A stretch of 10,677 nucleotides of DNA from Candidatus Eiseniibacteriota bacterium (GTDB lineage: Bacteria; ARS69), in contig JBQTGV010000132.1 of assembly GCA_052390515.1 (NCBI GenBank), forward strand, positions 1-10,677, written 5' to 3'. A model generated the notes under the pieces. That model saw only the letters and a list, made by a program, of their open reading frames with translations. It had not been told where the DNA came from and searched no databases. A program made the translations under genes and the position numbers. Positions 1 through 8,102 of the stretch are shown here, one piece after another (positions within the stretch are counted from its first letter, which is position 1; each line of letters starts with the position of its first letter).

Positions 1-119
1 GGCATCTCGGCGGACCCGCCGGCCGGCGGGACGGATGCGATCGGCTCTACGGAATCCATGGCAGTCACCCGGAGTTTTCATCGGCTCCCGCGGGCTCCTT
101 CCCAACCCCCAAAGGGGGT

Positions 120-149
120 TTGGCTCGGGGGCAGGCCCCGGGCTAGATT
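120..149 (+). promoter_or_regulatory. Possible sigma-70-type promoter for mdh (TTGGCT-N18-TAGATT)
   Basis: -35-like TTGGCT at 120-125 and -10-like TAGATT at 144-149, about 40 nt upstream of the mdh start. The match to consensus is partial. Confidence 0.3.
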
Positions 150-188
150 CCCCGGAGAAGCGCCGCTTGCGGCCGAAAGGAGACCGAC

Positions 189-1205
189 GTGGTCGAGAAG
201 ATCGGGGTGATCGGAGCGGGAAACATCGGAGGCGTGCTCGTCCAGGAGATCGTCCGGAGGCGGCTGGCGAAGGTTGTGGCGGTGACGGACCCGGCCCCGT
301 TCGTGAACCCCACCGATCCCCCGGCGAAGCAGGAAGCCACTCGCAAGCAGTCCGTGGCGAAGGGCAAGGCGCTCGACATCCTGGAGGCGACGCCCGTCTT
401 CGGCAGCGACACCGAGATCCAGGCTGAGCGTTCTTACGACATCCTGGCCGGATCCCTGATGGTGATCAACACGGCCGGCGTTCCCCGGAAGGCGCGCCCC
501 GACGGCACGTTCCCGAGCCGCGAGGAGCTGCTGGACATCAACTTGAAGGTGACGGCCGAGGTGGCGGACGCCCTGGCGAAGCACTGCCCCGGCGCGATGA
601 TCATCTCCATCGCCAACCCGCTCGACGCCATCGTGTACACGCTGCACCGGAAGCTCTCGCCGCCGCGAGGGCGGCTGTGCGGGATGGCCGGCGTGCTCGA
701 CTCGGCGCGCTACCGCTGGTTCATCGCGCAGGCGGCGGGCGTCAGCGTCGACAACGTGGAGGCGATGGTCCTCGGCGGCCACGGCGACACCATGGTGCCG
801 GTGCGAAGCTGCACGCGCGTGGCGGGAATGCCGGTCGAGAAGTTCGTCTCGGCGAAGCAGCTCGACGCCATCGAGGAGCGCACCCGCCAGGCCGGCGGCG
901 AGGTGGTGGGGCTCCTGGGATTCGGTTCCGCGTTCGTTTCGCCGGCCGTGTCGGCGCTGGAGATGGCCGAGGCCATGCTCTTCGACCGCAAGAAGATCCT
1001 GCCGGTGTGCGCGCGGCTGGAGGGCGAGTACGGCGTGAAGGGCCTCTTCGTCGGCGTGCCGGCGGTCATCGGTGCCGGCGGCGTCGAAAAGGTCATCGAG
1101 GTGGACCTGACTGCAGCGGAGAAGGCCGCGCTGGACAAGTCCGTCGACGCGGTGCGCAAGACCTGCGAGGAAGTGGACCGGATGCTGGGAGCGGCGGTGG
1201 GTTGA
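189..1205 (+). CDS. mdh: Malate dehydrogenase (LDH-like MDH family), 338 aa, with two insertions
   Basis: GTG start with RBS AAAGGAG at 176-182. Motifs: Rossmann GAGNIG, GKALD, TAGVPRK (Arg at the MDH specificity position), ANPLD, GMAGVLDSAR, catalytic LGGHGD, RTRQAGGEVV, GSAF, GEYG, GVP. An SDH operon lies nearby. Confidence 0.93.
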   Translation: MVEKIGVIGAGNIGGVLVQEIVRRRLAKVVAVTDPAPFVNPTDPPAKQEATRKQSVAKGKALDILEATPVFGSDTEIQAERSYDILAGSLMVINTAGVPRKARPDGTFPSREELLDINLKVTAEVADALAKHCPGAMIISIANPLDAIVYTLHRKLSPPRGRLCGMAGVLDSARYRWFIAQAAGVSVDNVEAMVLGGHGDTMVPVRSCTRVAGMPVEKFVSAKQLDAIEERTRQAGGEVVGLLGFGSAFVSPAVSALEMAEAMLFDRKKILPVCARLEGEYGVKGLFVGVPAVIGAGGVEKVIEVDLTAAEKAALDKSVDAVRKTCEEVDRMLGAAVG

Positions 1206-1227
1206 GCGGGGCGGGACCTCTCTCCTC

Positions 1228-2445
1228 TCACTCGTATCGCAGCGCCGCAATGGGATCCAGCGCCGCCGCCTTCCGCGCCGGGTAGAACCCGAAGAAAACG
1301 CCGACCGCCCCGGCGAAACCCAGCGCGAGGAAGACGGACTCCGGCTGCACGGCGGTCGCCCAGCCGGTTCCGCGGCCGACGAGGTCCGTGGCCAGCACGC
1401 CCGCGCCGACTCCGAGCACGCCGCCCACGAGGCACAGCACGACGCTCTCCACCAGGAACTGCAGCAAGACGTCCGACCCGCGCGCGCCGACGGACATGCG
1501 GATGCCGATCTCGCGGGTGCGCTCGGTAACCGACACCAGCATGATGTTCATGATGCCGATGCCGCCGACGATGAGCGAAACACTGGCGATGGCGAAGAGC
1601 AGGTTCGTCATCACGTCCGTCGTGGTCTGCGCCGCCTCGGCCAGATCGTCCTGGTTGCGAATGGTGAAATCGTCCTCCTCCCAGTCCGCCAACTTGTGCG
1701 CTTCCCGCATGACCGCGCGGACCTCCTCCTGCGCAGCCGGGATCTCGCTCGGGGAGAACGTGCTGGCGAGGATCTGGCCGATGAACTGCCTTCCGGCGAG
1801 CCGCGTGTTCACGGTCGTGTAGGGCGCGATCACCACGTCGTCCTGGTCGATCCCCTCCGCCGTCTGCCCCTTCTCGGCCAGTACGCCGACCACCTGGAAC
1901 GGCACGTTGCGGAGGCGGATCTGCCGGCCGACCGGATCGCCCTCGGGAAACAGGTTGGTCGCCACGGTCTTGCCCAGCACCGCGACCTTGCGCATGGTGC
2001 GCTCGTCGGCGGCGTCGAAGAAGCCGCCTTCCGCCGTCGCCCACTCCCGGATCACGGCGTAGTCGGTGGACACACCGTAGATGGACGCACGCCAGTTGCC
2101 CTCGCCGCCGACGACCTGCGTGCGCGTCACGATGACCGGAGAGAGCGCGGACACGAGGAAACACTGCTCGCGGAGCTTCTCGACATCGTCGAGCGTCAGC
2201 CGGTTGAAGCTGCCCGCCCCCTGGCTTACGCCTCCCGGCTGCGTGCTGCCCGGCGTGACGATGATCAGGTTCGTCCCGAGGCTCGAAATCTGCGCCTCGA
2301 TCTGCGCGCGGGCCCCTTCGCCGATGGCTACCATGACGATGACGGCCCCCACGCCGATGATGATGCCCAGCATGGTGAGCAGCGTGCGCATCTTGTGCCG
2401 GAGAATGCTGCGCACCGCGGAGCGTCCGAGCGTCGCGGCGCGCAC
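1228..2445 (-). CDS. ABC transporter permease, MacB/FtsX family (405 aa)
   Basis: RTLLTMLGIIIGVGAVI first TM helix, a large periplasmic domain, and the MacB motifs IASVSLIVGGIGIMNIMLVSVTERTREIGIR and C-terminal GFYPARKAAALDPIAALRYE. The likely start is GTG at 2445 (GGAG at 2455-2458 on -, 1 nt after the ATPase stop), not the track's 2586. Confidence 0.95.
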   Translation of the reverse strand: MRAATLGRSAVRSILRHKMRTLLTMLGIIIGVGAVIVMVAIGEGARAQIEAQISSLGTNLIIVTPGSTQPGGVSQGAGSFNRLTLDDVEKLREQCFLVSALSPVIVTRTQVVGGEGNWRASIYGVSTDYAVIREWATAEGGFFDAADERTMRKVAVLGKTVATNLFPEGDPVGRQIRLRNVPFQVVGVLAEKGQTAEGIDQDDVVIAPYTTVNTRLAGRQFIGQILASTFSPSEIPAAQEEVRAVMREAHKLADWEEDDFTIRNQDDLAEAAQTTTDVMTNLLFAIASVSLIVGGIGIMNIMLVSVTERTREIGIRMSVGARGSDVLLQFLVESVVLCLVGGVLGVGAGVLATDLVGRGTGWATAVQPESVFLALGFAGAVGVFFGFYPARKAAALDPIAALRYE

Positions 2446-2446
2446 T

Positions 2447-3199
<753 letters not shown>

Positions 3200-3209
3200 G
3201 CCGCCCCCG

Positions 3210-4448
3210 TCATCCGCCGGGAAGGCGCGGCGGGCCCGGACCGGATGCGGGCTGCTGCCCCTGGAACGGCGTCGTCGCGCCTTCGCCGGAGGCTTCCAGG
3301 ATCCCGGCGATCACCGACATGCCCGCCTCGATCCCTTCGCCCTCGATCTCGGTGAGCTGGCCGTCGGAGACGCCGACGCGGACGCGCGTGGCGCGGGGCG
3401 TGCCGTCGGCATCCAGCAGCCAGAGGAGCTTCGCGCCGGATCCGCCGCCGGCCCCGCGACGCCCGCCGCCGGCTCCCGAGTCCGCGGACGCCGCCTGCGC
3501 CCCTTCCGCCTCGCGGCGCGCGCGCAGCTGCTCCAGCATCTCCTCGGTGGGCCGGAAGCGCAGCGCGGCGTTGGACACGCGCAGCACGTCGGTGGCGGTC
3601 TCCAGCAGGAACTCGACGGTGGCGGTCATGCCCGGCAGCAGCCTCCCGGATTCGTTCGCCGTGCCCACCACGACCGTGTAGTTCACGACGTTCTCCTGGA
3701 CCGTGGACTGGAAACGCACCTGCTTCACCGTTCCGGCGAACGTCTCGTCGGGATACGCCTGCACGGTGAAGCGCACCGGCTGGCCTTCGCGGATGCTGCC
3801 GATGTCGGCCTCGTCGACGGACGCGAGGATCTCCATCTGCGAGAGATCCTCGGCGATGAGGAAGAGCAGCGGTGCGGAGAGACTTGCGGCGACGGTCTGA
3901 CCCACGTCCACGTTCCGCGCGATCACGACGCCGTCGATCGGGGAGCGGATCTCGGTGTAGACGAGGTTCCGACGTGCACGGTCCAGCGCCACCTCGGCCG
4001 ACTCGAAGCCTGCCTTGGCCAGCGAGAGCGCGTACTCCACCGCGTTGTGCTGCGCCTCGGAAGCGGCTCCCTGCTCGAGCAGGCCGGCGAGCCGCTCGAG
4101 CTCGCGGGTCTGGTAGTCGAGCTCGGCCCGCGCCCGCGAGAGGCCTGCCTCGGCGGCCCGCACCTCCTGCTGTGGGAGCGTCGGGTCGATCCGGGCGATG
4201 AGCTGGCCAGCCTCCACGCGGTCGTTGAAGTCGGCGAGGATCTCGGTGACCTGGCCGGAGACCTGCGTCCCGACCTCGACGCTCTTGACCGCGTCGAGCT
4301 TCCCGGTGGCGGTCACGATGGACTCGACGTCGCCCCGGGTCACCTCCACGAGCCGATACTCGGTGCCCGCGTCGTCGCCCCCGGCGAAGAGCCGGAAGGC
4401 GAGAAACGCCAGGCCCAGGACGAGAGGCACCGCGAGGACCTTCCTCAC
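3210..4448 (-). CDS. Efflux periplasmic adaptor subunit (MacA/HlyD-like membrane fusion protein), 412 aa
   Basis: N-terminal TM anchor, lipoyl halves VEVGTQVSGQV...DFNDRVEAGQLIARID and IRSPIDGVVIARNVDVGQTVAASL, a coiled hairpin, VDEADIG, LLPGMTA. The likely start is GTG at 4448 (GGAG at 4454-4457). The track's extension to 4637 runs through an intergenic repeat. Confidence 0.93.
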   Translation of the reverse strand: MRKVLAVPLVLGLAFLAFRLFAGGDDAGTEYRLVEVTRGDVESIVTATGKLDAVKSVEVGTQVSGQVTEILADFNDRVEAGQLIARIDPTLPQQEVRAAEAGLSRARAELDYQTRELERLAGLLEQGAASEAQHNAVEYALSLAKAGFESAEVALDRARRNLVYTEIRSPIDGVVIARNVDVGQTVAASLSAPLLFLIAEDLSQMEILASVDEADIGSIREGQPVRFTVQAYPDETFAGTVKQVRFQSTVQENVVNYTVVVGTANESGRLLPGMTATVEFLLETATDVLRVSNAALRFRPTEEMLEQLRARREAEGAQAASADSGAGGGRRGAGGGSGAKLLWLLDADGTPRATRVRVGVSDGQLTEIEGEGIEAGMSVIAGILEASGEGATTPFQGQQPASGPGPPRLPGG

Positions 4449-4528
4449 ACCCGCTCCGTTCCAGGGAAGTGACTTCGCCGGCGGCTGCCCGCGCGTGGCG
4501 CGACCGAGCCTATCAGGCCCGGAATCCC

Positions 4529-4558
4529 TTGCGCGAACGTTTTCCGGTTCCGTAGGAT
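4529..4558 (+). promoter_or_regulatory. Candidate sigma-70 promoter of the sdh operon (TTGCGC-N18-TAGGAT)
   Basis: -35-like TTGCGC at 4529-4534 and -10-like TAGGAT at 4553-4558, in a locally less GC-rich patch about 100 nt upstream of the anchor gene. Confidence 0.4.
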
Positions 4559-4643
4559 CGGCCGGCTTTCGATCAGGCGGCCTGCGATCGGGCCGCTCTC
4601 GATCAGGCGGCTTTCGATCAGGCGGCTTCGACCGCACGGCTTC
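4556..4643. repeat. Tandem repeat, 15-bp unit (consensus GATCAGGCGGCTTTC), 5 copies plus one degenerate
   Basis: Units: gatcggccggctttc (4556), gatcaggcggcctgc (4571), gatcgggccgctctc (4586), gatcaggcggctttc (4601), gatcaggcggcttc (4616), gaccgcacggcttc (4630). The array ends directly at the RBS GAAGGAG (4644-4650). Confidence 0.9.
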
Positions 4644-4654
4644 GAAGGAGAACG

Positions 4655-5488
4655 ATGGCGACGCGCGAGCTGACGACCGCCGGTGGACATCCCGAAGGTC
4701 TCGGCGCGACGCTGCGCACCGACCGGTGGTGGGTGGAGCCTGCGCTCACCGTCGCGGCTCTCGGCGGATTCATCGTCTACGCCACCTGGGCGGCGATGGT
4801 CGGGAACCACTACTACGCGTCGCCCTATCTCAGCCCGCTCTACTCGCCTCCGATCTTCACCGACTCCGCCGCGCCCGGATCCGTGCCTGCCTGGCACTCC
4901 GCGTTCGGCGAGTTTCCCGCGTGGTGGCCGGCCTGGATCCCGCGGTCCCCGGCGCTCCTGATCCTCGTCTTCCCCGGGCTCTTCCGCTTCACCTGCTACT
5001 ACTACCGGAAGGCCTACTACCGCGCGTTCACCGCTTCGCCTCCGGCGTGCGCCGTCGTTCCCGCAGCGAAGAGCGTCCGCACCTATAAGGGTGAGACGGG
5101 CTTCCTGCTCTTCCAGAATCTGCATCGCTATGCGCTGTATCCCGCGCTCCTGTACATCCCGATCCTCTACGCCGACGGCTTCGCCGCGTTCGTGAAGGAC
5201 GGCAAGCTCGGCGTCGGCGTCGGCACGCTCGTGCTGCTGATCAACGCGACGCTCCTCGCCGGATACACCTTCGGGTGCCACTCGTTCCGCCACCTGGTGG
5301 GCGGGAAGCACGACTGCATGTCCTGCGGGAAGCAGACGATCCGCTACGGACTGTGGAAGCGCGCGTCCTGGTTGAACGAACGGCACATGCGCTTCGCCTG
5401 GGCGAGCCTCTTCTGGGTCGCATTCACCGACGTGTACGTGCGCCTCGTTTCCATGGGCGTCGTCCGCGACTTCAACACCTGGGGTTGA
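4655..5488 (+). CDS. sdhC: Succinate dehydrogenase membrane anchor, mycobacterial Sdh1 / Rv0249c-like (type F), 277 aa
   Basis: Strong RBS GAAGGAG and several hydrophobic helices. The motifs YLSPLYSP, FRFTCYYYRKAYYR, SPPACAV, QNLHRY, GCHSFRH and LNERHM are those I recall for the Rv0249c-type anchor. It is the first gene before sdhA and sdhB. Confidence 0.85.
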   Translation: MATRELTTAGGHPEGLGATLRTDRWWVEPALTVAALGGFIVYATWAAMVGNHYYASPYLSPLYSPPIFTDSAAPGSVPAWHSAFGEFPAWWPAWIPRSPALLILVFPGLFRFTCYYYRKAYYRAFTASPPACAVVPAAKSVRTYKGETGFLLFQNLHRYALYPALLYIPILYADGFAAFVKDGKLGVGVGTLVLLINATLLAGYTFGCHSFRHLVGGKHDCMSCGKQTIRYGLWKRASWLNERHMRFAWASLFWVAFTDVYVRLVSMGVVRDFNTWG

Positions 5489-5492
5489 CCGA

Positions 5493-7355
5493 GTGCTCGA
5501 CGTCTCCGAGGTCCAGACCATCGAGCACGATGTCCTCGTGATCGGTGCGGGGGGAGCGGGACTCCGCGCCGCCATCGAGTCCAGCGCGCAGGGGCTCTCC
5601 ACCGGGCTGATCTCCAAGAGCCTGCTCGGCAAGGCGCACACGGTGATGGCCGAGGGCGGCATGGCCGCGGCGCTCGGCAACGTCGACTCTCGGGACAACT
5701 GGAAGATCCACTTCCGCGACACGATGCGCGGCGGGAAGTTCCTCAACGACTGGCGCATGGCCGAGCTGCACGCCAGGGAAGCCCCGGAGCGCGTCCGCGA
5801 GCTCGAGGAATGGGGCGCGGTCTTCGACCGCACCAAGGACGGCCTGATCAGCCAGCGCACCTTCGGGGGGCACCGTTACCCGCGGCTGGCCCACGTCGGC
5901 GACCGCACCGGGCTCGAGCTGATCCGCACTCTGCAAGACCACGGCGTGCACCGCGGCATCGCCATGCACATGGAGTGCACCGCGCTCGAGCTGCTGAAGG
6001 ACGGCGAGCGCGTCGCCGGCGTATGCGCGTACTGGCGCGAGACGGGCCGCTTCGTGATCTTCCGGACGAAGGCGGTGATCCTGGCCACCGGCGGCGCCGG
6101 CCGCGCCTGGCGCGTCACCAGCAACTCCTGGGAGTACACCGGCGACGGCCTGGCCATGGCCTACGACGCCGGCGCGGAGCTGATGGACCTGGAGTTCACG
6201 CAGTTCCATCCGACAGGCATGGTCTGGCCGCTCTCCGTGCGCGGGATCCTCGTCACCGAGGGCGTGCGCGGCGACGGCGGCATCCTGCTGAACTCGCAGG
6301 GGCGCCGCTTCATGTTCGACTACGTGCCCCCGAAGTTCGCGGCGGAGACCGCGGACACGGTGGAAGAGGCGAACGCCTGGCTCGAAGGCAAGGAAGGCGC
6401 GCGGCGTCCGCCGGAGCTGCTCACCCGTGACGTCGTCGCGCGGGCGATCACCGCGGAGGTGAAGGCGGGGCGCGGGTCGCCGCACGGCGGCGCGTTCCTG
6501 GACATCGCCTCGCGGCGGCCGGCGGACTTCATCAAGCGCAAGCTCCCCTCCATGTACCACCAGTTCATGGAGCTGGCCGAGGTGGATATCACCAAGGAGC
6601 CGATGGAGGTCGGGCCGACGCTGCACTACTTCATGGGCGGCATCCGCGTGGACGCGGTCACTCAGGAGACGCGCGTCCCCGGACTCTTCGCCTGCGGCGA
6701 ATGCGCGGCCGGTCTCCACGGGGCGAACCGTCTCGGCGGAAACTCGCTCTCGGATCTGATCGTGTTCGGCAAGCGCGCCGGCGCCGGCGCGGCAGATTAC
6801 GTGCGCGCGCTCCGTGCCACCCCGCGCATCCCCGAGGACGACGCTCGCGCCGCGTTCCGCCGCGCCACCGACGTGCTCAACCGCGAGTCCGGCGAGAACC
6901 CCTACGTCCTTCAGGAAGAGCTGCAGGACGTAATGGGCCGTTACGTCGGCATCGTCCGCACCGGCGAGGAGCTCGAGGCCGGGATCGCCGCGCTGGAGCA
7001 GCTCGGCCGGCGCGCGCAGTCGGTGAAGGCGCACGGCGCGAGCCAGTACAACCCCGGCTGGCACGCCGCGATCGCCCTGCGCTCCCTCCTCGTCTCGTCC
7101 GAGGCCGTGGCGAGGGCCGCGCTCCTCCGCGAGGAGAGCCGGGGCGCGCACACCCGGCTGGACTTCGAGGGCGAGCGCGACGAGGGCCTGACCTACAACG
7201 TCGTCGTGCGCAAGGCGACGGGCGGAGACATGCAGGTGCAGAAGTTGCCCCGCGGCGAGCCGCCCGCGGAGCTCGCGGCCATCGCCCGGGCGAAGATCGA
7301 GGATCTGGAGGCCGGCAAGGTCGTGCTCCCGAACGGGGTGACGGCGAATGTCTGA
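5493..7355 (+). CDS. sdhA: Succinate dehydrogenase/fumarate reductase flavoprotein subunit (620 aa)
   Basis: DVLVIGAGGAGLRAA, covalent-FAD His motif AHTVMAEGG, TGDG, QFHPT, TEGVRGDGG, TRDVVAR, HYFMGG, HGANRLGGNSL, REESRGAH. Confidence 0.96.
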   Translation: MLDVSEVQTIEHDVLVIGAGGAGLRAAIESSAQGLSTGLISKSLLGKAHTVMAEGGMAAALGNVDSRDNWKIHFRDTMRGGKFLNDWRMAELHAREAPERVRELEEWGAVFDRTKDGLISQRTFGGHRYPRLAHVGDRTGLELIRTLQDHGVHRGIAMHMECTALELLKDGERVAGVCAYWRETGRFVIFRTKAVILATGGAGRAWRVTSNSWEYTGDGLAMAYDAGAELMDLEFTQFHPTGMVWPLSVRGILVTEGVRGDGGILLNSQGRRFMFDYVPPKFAAETADTVEEANAWLEGKEGARRPPELLTRDVVARAITAEVKAGRGSPHGGAFLDIASRRPADFIKRKLPSMYHQFMELAEVDITKEPMEVGPTLHYFMGGIRVDAVTQETRVPGLFACGECAAGLHGANRLGGNSLSDLIVFGKRAGAGAADYVRALRATPRIPEDDARAAFRRATDVLNRESGENPYVLQEELQDVMGRYVGIVRTGEELEAGIAALEQLGRRAQSVKAHGASQYNPGWHAAIALRSLLVSSEAVARAALLREESRGAHTRLDFEGERDEGLTYNVVVRKATGGDMQVQKLPRGEPPAELAAIARAKIEDLEAGKVVLPNGVTANV

Positions 7356-8100
7356 GCGCGCGTTTCGCATCTGGCGCGGCGACCGCGACGGCGGCGCCTT
7401 CCTGGACATCCGCGTGGAGGTCGACTCGGGCATGGTCGTGCTGGACGTGCTGCACCGCATCCAGGCGCGGACCGTGCCGGACCTCGCAGTGCGCTGGAAC
7501 TGCAAGGCCGGCAAGTGCGGCTCGTGCAGCATGGAAATCAACGGCAAGCCGCGGCTCTCCTGCATGACGCGCATGAACGTGTTCGCCGAGGGCGAGACCG
7601 TCACGATCCAACCGCTCAAGGCGTTCCCGATCATCAAGGACCTCGTCACCGACGTGTCCTGGAACTACGAGCAGAACCGCCGCATCCGGCCGTTTCGCCC
7701 GAAGGCGAGGGGAGCCGACGGCCAGCACCGCATGTACCAGGAGGACGCCGACCGCGTGCAGGAGTTCCGCAAGTGCATCGAGTGCTTCCTCTGCCAGAAC
7801 GTGTGCCACGTGCTGCGGGACCGGGAAGGTCAGGCGAAGTTCGTCGGACCGCGTTTCCTGATCCGCCTCGCCAGCCTGGAGATGCACCCGCTGGACGCGG
7901 ACGACCGCGTGCCCGACATCGTCGACGAGTACGGCGCGGGGCTGTGCAACATCACCAAGTGCTGCACGGACGTCTGCCCGGAGCACATCCACATCACCGA
8001 CAACGGAATCATCCCGCTGAAGGAGCGCGTCGCGGACCTCCGCTACGATCCCGTGCAGTGGATCCGCCGGAAGCTCGGCGGAAACGGCGCGAAGAGCTGA
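7348..8100 (+). CDS. sdhB: Succinate dehydrogenase iron-sulfur subunit (250 aa)
   Basis: [2Fe-2S] motif CKAGKCGSC...LSC, then CIECFLCQNVC and CNITKCCTDVCP. Overlaps the sdhA stop by 8 nt. Confidence 0.96.
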   Translation: MSERAFRIWRGDRDGGAFLDIRVEVDSGMVVLDVLHRIQARTVPDLAVRWNCKAGKCGSCSMEINGKPRLSCMTRMNVFAEGETVTIQPLKAFPIIKDLVTDVSWNYEQNRRIRPFRPKARGADGQHRMYQEDADRVQEFRKCIECFLCQNVCHVLRDREGQAKFVGPRFLIRLASLEMHPLDADDRVPDIVDEYGAGLCNITKCCTDVCPEHIHITDNGIIPLKERVADLRYDPVQWIRRKLGGNGAKS

Positions 8101-8102
8101 GC

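Noticed and set aside
1206..1227. Terminator between mdh and the permease
   Set aside because: No convincing stem or U-tract in the 22-nt gap.
78..1250. 390-aa antisense ORF over mdh, and similar long shadow ORFs (710..2164, 2081..3355, 3180..4472, 4445..5860, 5472..7649, 6877..7992, 8649..10481, 9543..10541)
   Set aside because: They overlap well-supported genes, are rich in Arg/Ala/Gly/Pro, and have no motifs. Stop-poor alternate frames are expected at this GC content.
4449..4637. N-terminal (PPDRK)-repeat extension of the adaptor protein
   Set aside because: It is the translation of the intergenic 15-bp repeat. GTG 4448 has an RBS and directly precedes the TM anchor, and the extension would leave almost no room for divergent promoters.
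4556..4643. Possible CRISPR array or iteron origin
   Set aside because: The units are contiguous 15-mers without unique spacers, and there is no cas or rep gene or AT-rich unwinding region nearby.
7515..8102. 5' part of the 362-aa ORF 7515..8603
   Set aside because: It is an out-of-frame overlap with sdhB. Only the part from ATG 8103 looks like a real protein.
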